Shown here piece by piece: positions 13,076 to 31,849 of a stretch of DNA of 64,000 nt. Position numbers and translations under genes: made by a program. The stretch spans positions 239,320,001-239,384,000 of the forward strand of contig OZ024740.1 of assembly GCA_964016885.1 (NCBI GenBank). Reading direction: 5' to 3'. Below the pieces are notes generated by a model. It was not told the DNA's origin, made no database searches, and saw only the letters and a list, made by a program, of their open reading frames with translations. The DNA is from Eledone cirrhosa. Lineage: Eukaryota. Each line of letters opens with the position of its first letter. Positions within the stretch are counted from its first letter, which is position 1.

Positions 13076-14788
13076 TACTCTGGAAATATCTAATTTATAA
13101 CACACACATACACCCCCCTCCCTACATACATATATATATAAACATTACATATTTTATAGTGATGTATGCACCTGTGTTTGTGTATATGCTTGTGCGTAGA
13201 TACGTGAATTTAAAGGTGTAATATGCACACACGAGAATGTATTTCTCCGAGTACATATATATGTGTATGAGAATTTTTAAACCAGTTTATGTATGTATGC
13301 CTCAGTGAGATAGTATGTGTTTTTGTTAATCCAGTTGTATGTAAAAAACTTCATAAAAATTACTTATAAGTAGTCATTTAAGAAACATACAAACAATAGC
13401 CTTCTCTACGTATTTGGCACCCGAGCAAACCTGGATATCACTAATACTTAAATAAATACCACAATTTCCAATAACCATGCCAAAATAACTGAAAACATGA
13501 CAAGTATTATCAGATTTGGGAAGAAGAAAGACATCACATTTCGTTTGATTTTGGAATGTTACTTGTTTTGATTTGCTATCAGATAAATGGGAAATTCTAA
13601 CAAGCGTTGATTTGAAGATATCGTCAAGCAACGGTGTGTAGCTGCCTGAACAACAGCTGTGTCCAAACAGAACGAAAGAAACTATTTTACACATACTGGA
13701 CTTCATTTGCAACGTCATATACTAATTATATTTCGTTTCATATACAGAAATTAATACCATGTCACGTAACTTCTATTTCTAAAGAGACCCGGTATGAAAT
13801 TCATTTCTATGAATATTCCTCTTCTGATCAAAGCGACTAACATTCCTATCTCTCGATTCCATTAACGATAAACCGAGTGTTGTTTGATGTGTTATTGAAG
13901 TGCGCTCAGTTAATAAACTTAGTTTACTTCAGATAAATACCAATGAAACTTTCTAATTCAGTTTCTTGTTGTTACTGGTCCAGCAAGTAAACAAGATATG
14001 ATATAATAATAATAAAGACAGTAGGACATAAGACATTCTAGACTCTGGGGTTCTCTCGTGACTTTGTAACGTTAACATTTGTTTAGTATTATAAAAGTCT
14101 GTGTTACCGAGGAGTATATGAAATATTTAACATATTCATGTCCTATGCATATTAAGCTCTATAGGCAAATCCTTTATTTTACATATCATAATGGCTATGA
14201 GTTTAATCTGGTCCTTTGGTCAATATCCTCACGGTTGAATTAATTACGAAGATAATAGAACTGAACTTTCACAGTAACTATGACATTATTTGTATAGATT
14301 GAGATTATACAATATGGTTAGAAAACAGGGAAACAAAGAAATCCAGGCGGTAGCTTTATAGGAAAACAGTCATGTGATGGAATGAAAGAGTTATATCATT
14401 GGTTAAATTCCTTTTCAGAATCGTATTACTTGAAGTTTAATTTCCAGAGATAATAATCAAAAGAGAGTATCAGCAAACCTGAAAAGGACCCTTAATATTG
14501 CGGAAGACAGGTTATTTATGATATAGAATATTTTCTTTGATTCTCTTGACTCTACATTTAATTTAATTCTACATTGCATTTGATAAGATTTTTATTTTAA
14601 GGAGACACATGACTGAATGATATCTGTGAGATTATGACATGTGCTTGGCATTATCAAGGGTATTAAGTGCATAAGTGAAGTGAAATGGTTGTTACCAATG
14701 TTTGAGATCAGTTGACGGAAAGGGAGCATTGGAACCTTAATCTTTTCACCCTAAAGGATTCAGCGCCATTATTCAATATTCATTTAAA

Positions 14789-14885
<97 letters not shown>

Positions 14886-15219
14886 GTGACGGCATTATAT
14901 TTATCTCTATTGCCTCTACAAAAGTCTCCGCCGTTCTCTATTTTTGCACACAGACATACATACACACATGCACACACATTTATTTGTGTGTGTGTGTGTG
15001 TGTGTATGCATGCAGTATATTATAAAATTCTTTGATTATGTTATTATTTATAAGTTTTCTTTATACTAAACTAAAACTTTATATACAACATAGAATCGCA
15101 ATCGTTTCTGGTGAAAGACTTAACATTAAATCCGAGGATTTGCAATTTCGAGAGATTATTTTGATTATTTAAATTGAAATATTTCGTTTCTAATTGTATT
15201 ATTTAATGGTGTTTCATGG

Positions 15220-15352
15220 TTATCTTTTGTTTGTTTTGCAATCATTGAAGTAGTGCACCCGATTACAGTAATACAACATCACTAAATAGATTTCATACCA
15301 AATCACGGATGTCAGTGCGTTGCAATTTAACCACATCTCTCTCTCTCTCTCT

Positions 15353-15392
<40 letters not shown>

Positions 15393-15525
15393 AGAGAGAG
15401 AGAGAGAGATGAGGTTAAATTGCAACGCACTGACATCCGTGATATAAAATCTATTAAGTGATGTTGTATTACTGTAATCGGGGGTGCACTACTTCAATGA
15501 TTGCAAAACAAACAAAAGATAACCA
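15220..15525. repeat. Inverted repeat with a (TC)n(TA)n(GA)n core
   Basis: ~110-bp arms (ggttatcttttgtttg...gcaatttaacc / ggttaaattgc...caaaagataacc). The microsatellite core is itself palindromic. Confidence 0.85.
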
Positions 15526-15669
15526 GCAATTGTGTTCACCATTAAATTAAATTAAATTCACCCTTAAATTGCTTAACTGGCCATCGTCAGGACGGTCCCT
15601 CCCACCGCTTGCGACTGTTGGACTAGAAGACAAGCGAGAATATATAGTTTTCTCGTCTGAATAAACGAG

Positions 15670-16007
15670 GTGATTAATCTCATTTGCATATGAAGCTGCA
15701 TAAGTTGGCTCAACTTATAATAGAAAAGAAATAAGATTTCGCTTCAAGCATAGCTTTATACAATATGTATAAATATTTCGTATCTCCAAAGAAATACGGT
15801 TTTAGGAAGCCGTATCTATGCAAACACCGGGGGGCTAACGCCCTCTGGTGATGTCCTGCTGAAGCATTTCTTTTCTATTATAAGTTGAGCCAACTTATGC
15901 AGCTTCATATGCAAATGAGATTAATCACCTCATTTACCGTATTTCTTTGGAGATACTAAATATTTATACATATTGTATAAAGCTATGCTTGAAGCGAAAT
16001 CCTATTT

Positions 16008-16010
<3 letters not shown>
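15670..16010. repeat. Rearranged inverted duplication next to (TA)n
   Basis: 15675-15731 is inverted at ~15866-15930, and 15732-15800 is inverted at ~15936-16002. Confidence 0.8.
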
Positions 16011-16048
<38 letters not shown>

Positions 16049-16194
16049 GATGTGTAAATCAACAGGTTCGAATTTACCTCATTTATTCGTTACTCAATTG
16101 TTGTTATACACATTTCATTGATCATTGTTTCGATGACTTATATCAGCAAGTGTGTACCGTATAAATAAGCTAAATTCTAATTTGTTGGCTAATA

Positions 16195-16752
16195 CAGAGT
16201 GGCCCAAAAGTCACACAGGGCTTTTATGGATTCTGACAGCATATTGGAACCTCTGTTGATAGTCTTGGGACTTCAGTTGTTGAACCAGTTGCACCTTGTA
16301 TGGAAAAAAGGTCAAGGCTTCTGAGAACCCTTTGCAGCGAAGTTCGTGAAATTCCGAGCTGTCTTGACCGCCTTCGAGTCGATGTCCCTGGATTTTCCTC
16401 GACATTCTCTCGAACTTGTCTCATCAGTTTGAATGTGCGAGGCCTCCCAGATCGTGGGCGATCACTTACTACTCCTCGCTCTTCGAAACGATTAACCAAT
16501 TTCCTAATCGAACTGTTACTAGGAGCATCTCTCACTCGATAGTGTCGCCTATATGCTCTCTGGGTCTGAATTATCAACCCCTGATTTTGGTAGAAGAATT
16601 TCCAAACTCGGGTGCGTTGCTCGGTGCGATATTTTTCCATAATTAATTCCCCAAGCCTAGTTCATATAGTTCCTGAGAAAAAAGGAAAAATATTATAAAA
16701 TAAAAAACAATTATAAACAGTCGCGACCCTGTGTGACTTTTGGGTCATCCTG
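16195..16752 (-). mobile_element. Internally deleted Tc1/mariner-superfamily transposon (HTH only)
   Basis: TIRs cagagtggcccaaaagtcacacaggg / ccctgtgtgacttttgggtcatcctg with TA on both sides. ORF 16224-16640 encodes an HTH DNA-binding region (SDRPRSGRPRT, ENPGTSTRRRSRQLGIS) and frameshifts into PYKVQLVQQL. No DDD/E domain. Confidence 0.9.
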
Positions 16753-16789
16753 TACTTCTTTATTAAAATTATACTCCAGAGTACACAGA

Positions 16790-17080
16790 CCTTCGTTCTG
16801 ACTTTCTGTCTCTGAGTTCAAATACCACTGAGGTCAATTTTATCTTTCATCCTTTCAAGATCGATAAAAAAGCCAGTCTAGTACCGAGATGGATTCTTCC
16901 TCGATGTCTCGTTCTCACATCCTCTCTCTCATTCTCTATCCTTTTCTGGTAGAAATCTGCTGTGTTCAGACCTAGAGACGAGATGGCTGCGTCAGGTTTA
17001 AAATGCCCAAGAAACTTCCTATGTTAATATGGCGCCTTTACTGCGTCATCAGGAGTTACGGTTCCATACATATTAAGCGG
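16790..17080 (+). mobile_element. SINE, diverged copy
   Basis: ctgagttcaaatacc...ctttcatcctttcaagatcgataaaaa, and a 3' part matching the reverse complement of 350-460. Confidence 0.65.
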
Positions 17081-18564
17081 TTACTACCATAGAAACAAAT
17101 AACGTCAATTAATCCTCGTTTATATTCACGCTGGAAAAAAGCTGTTATGCAATAACTGAATGAATGCTTGCTTTGTTGACTATACATTAAATTTTGATTA
17201 GTTTTTCATTTATTCTGTAGAATGCGTCCACATGACCGAGACTTACACCGCGGTATATCTATAAAGATATTTGATATATGCTCAACAAAGATGTGTATTT
17301 GATTAACAACGACAATGTCAATGTATCATATTTTTGCGAGAGTGTTCATCGAAAACCTGTTCAAATGAGCTGCTGTGAAGATAACAGCCATTGTTTTAGA
17401 GATAAACACATAGAAATTCACGTAAATGCACACCCACCTCGCAGACGAACACGTACACTAGAGAGGGGGTATATATTTACAAACAAAGTAATACGCAATT
17501 GCTTACAGATATAAACATCCAAGGTTATATATATATATATACACGTATATTTGTGTGCGTGAAATTGTGTGTGTGTATGTGCGTGTATTCAGTGGAGAGA
17601 TGTGCATAATGATAAACGCATATACAAACGTGCAAATATCCACAAGCATACAAACATTAAAATATATAAAAATATGTATCTTTTATCTCCGATTTGGAGT
17701 TCTGCCTGGAACGCTAAAATTGCCTTCTTTCTCGCGGCATCAACATTATACTATTGTTTGAATTATTTTTATTACATTTTGCCATCACAAAAGTTGACTA
17801 ATTTCCAGTAACATACACTATGCACACATCAACATATGTGAATATATCGGTAATTCACAACATACACGCTAAAGACGATACATGCATACATGATGGATAC
17901 CTCGTCGGTTTCAACAATGAGCATTCAGTTGTTTAAGCAACTGAATGAACAGCTCCTAACGTAGTGTGTAAGTGGTTGAAAATTCCAGACATGTGTAACC
18001 ATAAGGGAATCCCAAGACGAATCAGTGTGATATAATACATCACAGAGCTGGAGCTTTGAATTACAGGCACAATTCATCCGATGGGCTTCTGCACAGTTTC
18101 CGTATCTCCAATTCTACTCAATGCTTGTGGGTTATAGGAAGGCCACTTGTCCAAGATACCAGGCAGTGTAATCGAATCTCGAACCACGGGATTGCAAAGC
18201 AAATTTCTTAATCACCAAGCCATGCCGGCGTCGACATGCATACTTGCATACATACATGGAAATGTTACTGCATAATAGTGTGCATATTAACACCCCCTAT
18301 ACCCTCATAACTATATCCTTAACTACACAAAATGACGCGACATATCTCTGGTCAAACTGTTATAAAAAAAAAATTATTTAGCTTGGATAAACAATGTAGA
18401 ATCTAAAGCGATAATGTGATTGTGAATTATATGACAATTGAACGAAGTGAAACTTAATTTGTGAAACGTCATCTCTGTACTGATGCCTTAATCAAGGCAT
18501 TATAAGGTCAATAAATCCATTTAACTAGTTGAAAAAATTTGCTAAATGTAATAATTAACACCCC

Positions 18565-18652
<88 letters not shown>

Positions 18653-18724
18653 TATATATATATATATAAAACGATGTTATCTCTGATTGAGACGAAGCAA
18701 GATTGTATTTGATTGAAAACATAT

Positions 18725-19065
18725 ATGAGAAAACTCATCGCTAGAACAGCCGTTAAAACAGCTAAATACTGTCAAAGACATCAATGGGCAAAAATGCCTC
18801 AAAAGACAGAGACGAGCGGCCAGTGGTCAACAGAGAGACAATCCACAAGGTAGGTGGCAAGCAAATGAAATATAAGAAAGATTGAAGGAGGAGGAGGACA
18901 AGGAGAAGTCAGCTGGCGCATATCTGCCTGTCACCCACCTTGTGGATTGTCTCTCTGTTGATCACTGGTCGCTAGTCTCTGTCCTCTGAGGCATTTTTGC
19001 CCATCATTGTCTTTGACAGCATTTAGCTGTTTTAACGTCTGTTTTAGCGATGAGTTTTCTCATTT
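18725..19065. repeat. Inverted repeat (~135-bp arms)
   Basis: atgagaaaactcatcgcta...atccacaagg is mirrored at 18933-19065. Confidence 0.85.
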
Positions 19066-20645
19066 TTATATGTATACAATATACATATATAAGATGAATA
19101 GGAGTGGGTATGTCATTCGTTCTATACCAAATAAGAGAAAACACAATGCATTAATCGTTATGGAAAAAAATACAGAGCATACTAATTTTAATTTAGGTGA
19201 AAAACCAAAGATAACACTTCCAATCATTTTATTAATTTCTACATTCATTTCAATTTTAACGAAATACAATTGCGAAAGTATAGAAATAATGATTTTCTGA
19301 TTAATTAATTAATCTATCAAATAAATAAAACAGTTGCAATCACATAATATTTATATGAACTGGCGTTTTAAGAAGGGCTTCTTTTGGTTGGGTTCAGTTC
19401 CGTTGTATAATATTGGCTATTTATTTCTTGCTTCTCAAAGGTTGTGGTATATAGAGCAACTCTCGCACTACCAGATAATGTCCAGAGAAGCTATTCTGGT
19501 TTAACAACCAATGAATTTAATTTCTCATTCATCCATCATATGAAATCCTTTAGATGCAAGATCAGAGAAAATTTCATCATCTTTTCTTATTTCATCTGGG
19601 TATTTTGGAGCCAAGGGAGCAACAATCCTGACATAAAATTAATATCCTAGTTAGAGAACCTCCTTAACGTCCCGAGGGTTACAACTGCTAGCTTTTCCCT
19701 TGCGAGATGTTGCACGTTTTACAGCAGCCTGCAATATCCGTCAATAGGAAAACTGACTTTCCGTTTTACTATCATCAAAGAAACACTTAGTTAGCCAACT
19801 TCATATTACTGATCCCGGATATCTCGCAAAGATGATTTCCCCCTACCCTTGTGCGCGTGCAATATCATATACATTAGATTAACACATCTAATTAATTTCA
19901 AACCTACTTGACACCAAGAGCAGAGATCCCAGAATGATGCACGCATTGGCTCTGTAGTGTCATCAGATACCTGGAACACTGCTAATAAACAACTACCTAT
20001 CAATTCTATTTGAGAAATTAAGTGCCGTGTACCTGCGTTAATTGGATGTTTTAAATATCTGGTTTCATTATAGACCACGTGTTATAAACCAACTTATTTT
20101 GTTCGCATCTGAAATAGCAGGTTGTATTTACGGCCATGAAACTGTTTAGTAAGGCAAAAATAAGTCAAGCTGTTTATATAAATATCACCAACCTCCACAT
20201 TATGTGATTATTTGCTCTTTTCGTTCACCAGATATTTCATTCTGTACCCAAAAGTATACACACGCACACACACGCACACTCACACACACACGCACACTCA
20301 CACACACACGCACACTTACACACACACGCACACTCACACACACACGCACACTCACACACACACGCATACTCACACACACACGCACACTCACACACGGACA
20401 TATATATATATTAGGTAGTGAAATAGAGGTTCTACCGTATTTTTGATGAAGTAAATTAGCTTATTAGTTGTAGTTATAAAAAACCCCAGATTGGAAAAAG
20501 GATGAGCATTGATGTATATGGCACACGAACCCACATCTTTGGCTATCATGACCACTGTGTTACCCATATACCAATAGGTCACCCATCAACATTTCCAATA
20601 ACTTTGAAGCTATATAATCATAGCGTATGAATACATACATATGCG

Positions 20646-20732
<87 letters not shown>

Positions 20733-20744
20733 TATATATATACA

Positions 20745-20780
<36 letters not shown>

Positions 20781-20848
20781 TATATATATACAGTATATAT
20801 ATATATATATACAGTATATACAGTATATATATATATATATATACAGTA

Positions 20849-20912
<64 letters not shown>

Positions 20913-20922
20913 TGTATATATA

Positions 20923-21052
<130 letters not shown>

Positions 21053-21135
21053 TTCCAATAATGTTGAAGCTATATAATCATAGCGTATGAATACATACAT
21101 ATGCGTATATGTATATATATATATATATATATACA

Positions 21136-21237
<102 letters not shown>

Positions 21238-21248
21238 TATATATATAT

Positions 21249-22485
<1,237 letters not shown>

Positions 22486-22735
22486 TGTCTCACCTATTAT
22501 TTCATAGTTGTACTTTATTGCCTTCTTTCCACATTATCCTCTTGAATCCTACTACGTTCACTGGTTTATTACCGATTCGATAAAATCTGTATCATACTTA
22601 AATACGTGATGGGGTCGATATGATGCCCTACATCCTGTGAAAGTGGGGCCCAAGCACAGCTAGAGACCAACGACTGAAGATAGTAAAAGAATAATGAAAA
22701 AAAATGAATAATTGATGCATTTTTGTTATAAGATC

Positions 22736-22823
<88 letters not shown>

Positions 22824-22890
22824 TCTCTGTCTCTCTCTCTCTCTCTCTCTCACATATATATATATATAAGACGATATATATATAAGACGA

Positions 22891-23017
<127 letters not shown>

Positions 23018-23018
23018 A

Positions 23019-23232
<214 letters not shown>

Positions 23233-23446
23233 TGTGTGCGTGTGTAATGAACGATGAACATAAAACAACAGTCTAAGATAGATTGTTAATGTTTTACGAT
23301 TGTTTTCGAGAGCTGATGGATCATGGGAGATCGATATATCAACTAGCAGGCAGTGGTTATGTCGCTATCTATATCTAGTCTCAAAATCCCTGATCTATCG
23401 CGCCGTCTTCCTCAGAAACAATCGACTTTTGTTAGTTTCATTGTTC

Positions 23447-23500
<54 letters not shown>

Positions 23501-23619
23501 GTGTAGAAAATGATATGTTTAGAAGGCTAAGAGAATGGCTAAGAGAATGCGAATTGGACGGTAGAATGAAGGCAACGAAAAAGTTTGTTACCTAGTATTT
23601 ATTATTATATTTTTTTCCA

Positions 23620-23808
23620 GGGCGGTGGATTGGCAGTATCGGTAGAGGGTCGGACGCCATGCTTTCCAGCATAGTTACGTCCCTTTACGATCTGAGTTCA
23701 AATCCCGCCGAGGTTGACTTTGCTTTCATCCTTACGGGGTCGATAAAATAAAGTACCAGTAATGCACTGGGTAATTGCTGGCCTTGTGCCTAAAGTAAAA
23801 ACAATTAT
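23620..23808 (+). mobile_element. tRNA-derived SINE, full length
   Basis: A/B boxes and body near-identical to 9524-9712. Confidence 0.9.
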
Positions 23809-23949
23809 TATATTTTTTTCTTTCGATTTGGGACTTGAAGTTCCCTTCCTTAGAGTATGTATCTGCCTTGTCGCTTTGAGGTTACATTTAAATTTAAAAT
23901 TTAGAAATCGCCTTCAGGCGTTGTTTTTGACGTTTATTGTAGTATCCAG

Positions 23950-24012
<63 letters not shown>

Positions 24013-24536
24013 TGTAAGAGAGTATTGAAGTCTGCTTGAAGCATTGTGGAATAATAGGTATATATCTTTAAGTTGTTTGGAAGCCTCGACAATGCAAATG
24101 GGTAAATCTCCGGGTAACAAGATCCGGTGGTGGAGAGAGAGATGTAAGTGGGTGTACGTTGAGATGCGTGGTGTGTATAAGACGTGTATATTATATATAT
24201 GTATAAGACGTGTATATTATATATATGTATAAGACGTGTATATTATATATATATGTATAAGACGTGTATATTATATATATATATATATATACTGTATATA
24301 TATATATATATAATTTCTATACTTTCATTTATACTGTATATATATATACAATAAATGTGAAGACTAAAATCCGAAGAGGGCTCGATAAGGATAATATATA
24401 TATAAAAATATATAAAACCCTTGAGCAAATAACAGATTAAAGTGTAAGCAAAGAATCGCTGCTTTCACCCTTATATATAAGGCTCTGATACCATCAACAC
24501 CATAAACACAGAGCTGGCATATCTAAGAACTGACTA

Positions 24537-24592
24537 GCTGCCTGATGAGGTCATAGCCATTCAATGGCTATCATCAAAATATATATAGCAGT
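24537..24592 (+). ncRNA. Hammerhead ribozyme, core mutated (G12A)
   Basis: GCUGC-CUGAUGA-GGUcAUAGCCAU uca AUGGCUAUcAUC-AAAAU auau AUA^-GCAGU. Confidence 0.6.
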
Positions 24593-24631
24593 AAATAAAG
24601 GATTGAGTTCATGCAATTGATTTCTGTTTCG

Positions 24632-25352
<721 letters not shown>

Positions 25353-25368
25353 TATATATATATGTATA

Positions 25369-26294
<926 letters not shown>

Positions 26295-26451
26295 TAAGTA
26301 TATATATATATATATATATATGCAAAAGTTCTATTTAAATTATTGGGATACAACCACTAAATATTTTTATAACTGATATAAAGCAATCGACAAGTATTTG
26401 GAGTAGATATACGATATTAACAAATGGAAACTATATTTATAAAACCATATT

Positions 26452-26706
26452 TATTTCATTATACATATTTCAAGGATACCAAGTTAAATTATGGCATGCC
26501 TTCATCAGACAAAATACAATATTTACCAGTTTTATAAATAAACATTGACGTACCCTTTCAAAATGCGACCGTTACTTTTGGAAGAACGGTCGCATTTTGA
26601 AAGGGTACGTCAATGTTTATTTATAAAACTGTTAAATATTGTATTTTGTCTGATGAAGGCATGCCATAATTTAACTTGGTATCCTTGAAATATGTATAAT
26701 GAAATA
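26452..26706. ncRNA. Two inverted hammerheads (family B: 26452-26516 minus, 26642-26706 plus)
   Basis: UAUUUUGU-CUGAUGA-AGGcAUGCCA...UGGUAUCCU-U-GAAAU augu AUA^-AUGAAAUA in both arms of a fold-back. Confidence 0.75.
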
Positions 26707-27195
26707 AATATGGTTTTATAAATATAGTTTCCATTTGTTAATATCGTATATATATATATATATAAAAAAATTATAAAGTAAGAAGAAGTAATAGACACAG
26801 ATATATACCTATTTTTACCTCAAAGTCCCGACTGTACAGTTTTGCTGGTCAGTATGCAACAATTTTACATTATAGAGGTGCAATATCGTTGTGAGGCAAA
26901 CCAGCTTATCAAGGAACTCCTCAGAGAAAGAGCGCTTTCCAGACACATTTGCAGCAAGTGAGAAAATCTCAAAAGGCTGAAGGAGAGATTACCACGTGAT
27001 ACACCGGTCAAGAAAGGGGACTGAATCCCTTGTAGCAGTGAAAACAATCTCGAAAGGCGGAGGGAGAGATTAAGACATGATACAAAGGTCACAGGCGGGT
27101 GGTAAGGTTGACTAAAAGGGGTTATAGTGTTTGCTTAAAAGCAGTTACTATACTTTCGTGTTAACTCGACCGTGTGGGAGTTTGAGACAATATAA

Positions 27196-27364
27196 TAATT
27201 GTTTCTACTTTAGGCACAAGGCCACCAATTACCCAGTGCATTACTGGTACTTTATTTTATCGACCCCGTAAGGATGAAAGGCAAAGTCAACCTCGGCGGG
27301 ATTTGAACTCAGATCGTAAAGGGACGTAACTATGCTGGAAAGCATGGCGTCCGACCCTCTACCG
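27196..27364 (-). mobile_element. SINE with truncated head
   Basis: Body and B box match 23620-23808. Confidence 0.85.
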
Positions 27365-27630
27365 AGACAATATCATAATGAGAGGTACACACATATATGT
27401 GTATACATACATAAACATGTATATATACATATATATTTTTTTTCACAAGCATGTGAGTATGTGTGTGGTGTCGACCCTAGCCGGTGTTGCTCTATGACTA
27501 TGAGAGACAAAATAATCGAAATAATTAAATTGACTCGATATCAGAGTTATGTAACAAATTATAAAGTAAGAAGAATAGACACAGATATATAATATATATA
27601 AATTTATATATATATATATATACATATGTA

Positions 27631-27689
<59 letters not shown>

Positions 27690-27729
27690 GATATTAAACA
27701 AATGGAAACTATATTTATAAAACCATATT

Positions 27730-27796
27730 TATTTAGTTATATATATTTCAGGGATATCATATTAAAAATATGGTATGCCTTCCTCAGACAAAATAC
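27730..27796 (-). ncRNA. Hammerhead ribozyme (family B)
   Basis: Near-identical to the reverse complement of 9356-9421 (CUGAGGA...GAAAU). Confidence 0.65.
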
Positions 27797-27882
27797 AATA
27801 CATAAGCTGTTTTATAAATGATTTTTGACATACCTTATAAATAATGCAACTTCCATTTAAAAAGTTGATTTTATATATACAC

Positions 27883-28069
27883 GTGGATTGGCGGTATCGG
27901 TAGAAGGTCGGACGCCATGCTTTGACGCATAGAGTTACGGCGCTTGCCATTCTGAGTTCAAATCCCGCCAAGGTTAACTTTGCCTTTCATCCTTACGGGG
28001 TCGATAAAATAAAGTACCAGTAATACACTGGGTAATTGATGGCCTTGTGCCAAAAGTAGAAACAATTAT
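27883..28069 (+). mobile_element. tRNA-derived SINE
   Basis: A/B boxes and body. Same subtype as the tandem units at 1930-2575. Confidence 0.88.
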
Positions 28070-29126
28070 ATCATATTATATTATATTATATAATCTATCA
28101 ATAGTTATGATAGCATTTTGATGGTAATAATGCCTTAGAGTAATGTTAAAGAGCCATTCATGACGGTAAGTATGACATAGATATCATGCTGAATAAGGCT
28201 AATTTCATTCCATTACAGCCACCATAATTTTCCTGTCAGAACAGCAGTAACGATAATGGATCAGATTGACTAACTACCTCATTTCTGTCAGGTCGCTGTA
28301 TCAACAAAGGACTAGCCAACGAGGTAGAGTGTGGCTAGTCGCTACTTGCTAGAAACAGCAGCAAACTTCCCTAAAATTACGAACTTATAAAATATATGGC
28401 TCATTAAGCATTGTATTCCTAGATATACACAGACACAGGATGGTTAGAAAACGAAAGCCTTAGATCATAGATTTGACCAATTATGATAAACAATAACATC
28501 GACAATGGAGCTTCTACACGCTAATTGTCTAGACAAGAGACAGGATTGTCACAACTGAAACACTGAGGATTTATGTATCTACTCTTTGATAATCACTGTC
28601 CATCTTTTCCTCTCTTCGTCTCTTCTTCTCTCCTTTACTATAATTCCACATAGAATGCTCTTCCAAGGGTAATAGATATTTTTGCATGGCTATACAATCT
28701 CAATTTTCTTTGCTATTGTTAGAAGGTCTACATCAGTGTCAGTGTGATACTGGATGATTTTGTGAAATTAGCTCCTTTGTAATGTGGTCTATGCACGAAA
28801 TGCCTAAGATGTTGCGATAACGTCTCATTTCCAGTTGTTGAATCTTTCTCTCTGTATATACTAGTGCTTTGGTTATCAGCTATTGTAACGTAATGTTATT
28901 AACAACAGTTTTATAATGTCGCCATATAATAAATTATTGAAAATTAGTATTATATGTTTCCTGGTTCCACAACCATCTCAGTGATACAATTGTCTCACGA
29001 TTACAGAGATTCAGTAGAAAGTAGATGTATATCTGTATGAAGGTGTCTTCGTAGTTGGTGATGGGTGTGTGTGCGTATGGTTGTGTGTGTATGTGTATGA
29101 TTGTGTGTGAGTGTGTGTGTATGTGT

Positions 29127-29246
<120 letters not shown>

Positions 29247-29379
29247 ACACTTGTATGTGTGTGTGAATAGCCATCCTGTCTCTTTCATTTATCTAAAAGC
29301 ACATTAATTCAGCTCGTTTAGATCGTGTAATAAATTAGATATAGAGATTAAAGATACAGATGATACTAGTTGGTAATAG

Positions 29380-30980
29380 ACACACACAACACACACCACA
29401 CACACACACACTTACATACACACACCACACATACACACATACACACATACACACAACATACACAACACATACACACACCACACATACACCCAACACACAT
29501 ACACAACACATACACACACATATACACACACACACACACACGCACAATACACATACATACACACAACACACACACATAAATACAACACACATACACACAT
29601 ACACACACACATACACACACACACACACACCCACATACACATACATACACATACGCACAACACACACAACACACAACACACACACAACACATACACACAC
29701 CACACATACACACACACCACACATACAGCCAACACACATACACACAACATACACAACACATACACACACCACACATACACCCAACACACATACACAACAC
29801 CTACACATACATGTACACACACACACACACAATACACATACATACACACAACACACACACACATAAATACAACACACATACACACATACACACACACATA
29901 CACATGCACCCACACATACATACACATACGCACAACACACACAACACACACACAACACATACACACACCACACATACACACATACACACACATACACACA
30001 CACCACACATACACACACACACACACAACACACAACACACACACACACTTACATACACACACCAGACTTACAGCCAACACACATACACACAACATACACA
30101 ACACATACACACACCACACATACACCCAACACACATACACATACACACACATATACACACACACGCGCGCACAATACACATACATACACACAACACACAC
30201 ACACATAAATACAACACACATACACACACACATACACACACAAATACACATGCACCCACACATACATACACATACGCACAACACACACAACACACAACAC
30301 ACACCACACATACACACACCACACATACACACATACACACACACAGCCAACACACATACACACAACATACACAACACATACACACACCACACATACACCC
30401 AACACACACACACAACACATACACACACATATACACACACGCACAATACACATACATACACACAACACACACACATAAATACAACACACATACACACATA
30501 CACACACACATACACACACACATACATACACACATGCACCCACACATACATACACATACGCACAACACACACAACACACAACACACACAACACATACACA
30601 CACCACACATACACACATACACACACACCACACATACAAACACACACAACACAACACACTTACATACACACACCACATATACAGCCAACACACATACACA
30701 CAACATACACAACACATACACACACCACACATACACCCAACACACATACACAACACACACACACACATATACACACACACACGCACAATACACATACATA
30801 CACGCAACACACACACACATAAATACATACGCACAACACACACAACACACAACACACAACACACAACACACAACACACAATACAACATACACACACACAC
30901 ACATAAACACAACACACATACAAACACACATACACACACACATAGACACAACACTCACACACACACACACTCACACACGC
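29380..30980. repeat. Degenerate (CA)n tract with higher-order ~270-345-bp repeats
   Basis: Landmarks cagccaacacacatac (~29726, 30071, 30345, 30682) and acataaatac (~29574, 29861, 30203, 30472, 30817) recur. Confidence 0.85.
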
Positions 30981-31249
30981 GCATATGTATTTATATATAT
31001 ATATATACACGTATATATATATATACATATATATGTATGTGTGTGTGAGAGAGAGACGGCTGAAAAGATCATAGACAGACTATGAAGGAGTGATGCTAGG
31101 GCTGTGAAATCGTGCATGCTTTAATTTCAACTTTTATTAATACCTGCAATATTACTTTCCAGGGAATACGTTGAAAAATAAACCTCATTTGGTTATTCCA
31201 TGAAAGTATCTTGGTCAACCTTTGATCTTTTCGGCCGACCCTCGTATAT

Positions 31250-31326
<77 letters not shown>

Positions 31327-31331
<5 letters not shown>

Positions 31332-31721
31332 TAAACGGAATAGAAAATGCTGACAAATTGTTCACAGTTGAAAAATGGTTTAATTAGGAATAAAAGAGTA
31401 TTAGTGATTGTATGGGTTAGTATTCAGTTGTGGTTTTAAGTTTTTAAGTTTTTACCGGTTGCGCATTTCTAAATGCTTTTCAAAAATAATTTTGAGATAG
31501 AGTGTCCGTGCTGTTTGCTCAGATCAGAGCAAACAGCACGGACACTCTATCTCAAAATGATTTTTTGAAAAGCATTTAGAAATGCGCAACCGGTAAACAC
31601 TTAAAAACTTAAAACCACAACTGAATACTAACCCATACAATCACTAATACTCTTTTATTCCTAATTAAACCATTTTTCAACTGTGAACAATTTGTCAGCA
31701 TTTTCTATTCCGTTTACCAAT
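31327..31721. repeat. Near-perfect ~195-bp-arm hairpin between (TA)n tracts
   Basis: Arms meet at gtttgctc-agatca-gagcaaac. Confidence 0.9.
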
Positions 31722-31755
31722 ATATAATAACTTGTGTGTTACACCTCTATTCTTT

Positions 31756-31806
<51 letters not shown>

Positions 31807-31849
31807 AAATAAAGATCCGAAGGCATGGTATCATTGCCAATAATTTTAA

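Noticed and set aside
19441-19505. Candidate upstream USP exon (LWYIEQL...)
   Set aside because: An in-frame stop follows and the USP N-terminal motifs are absent. The 5' exon(s) were not found in the window.
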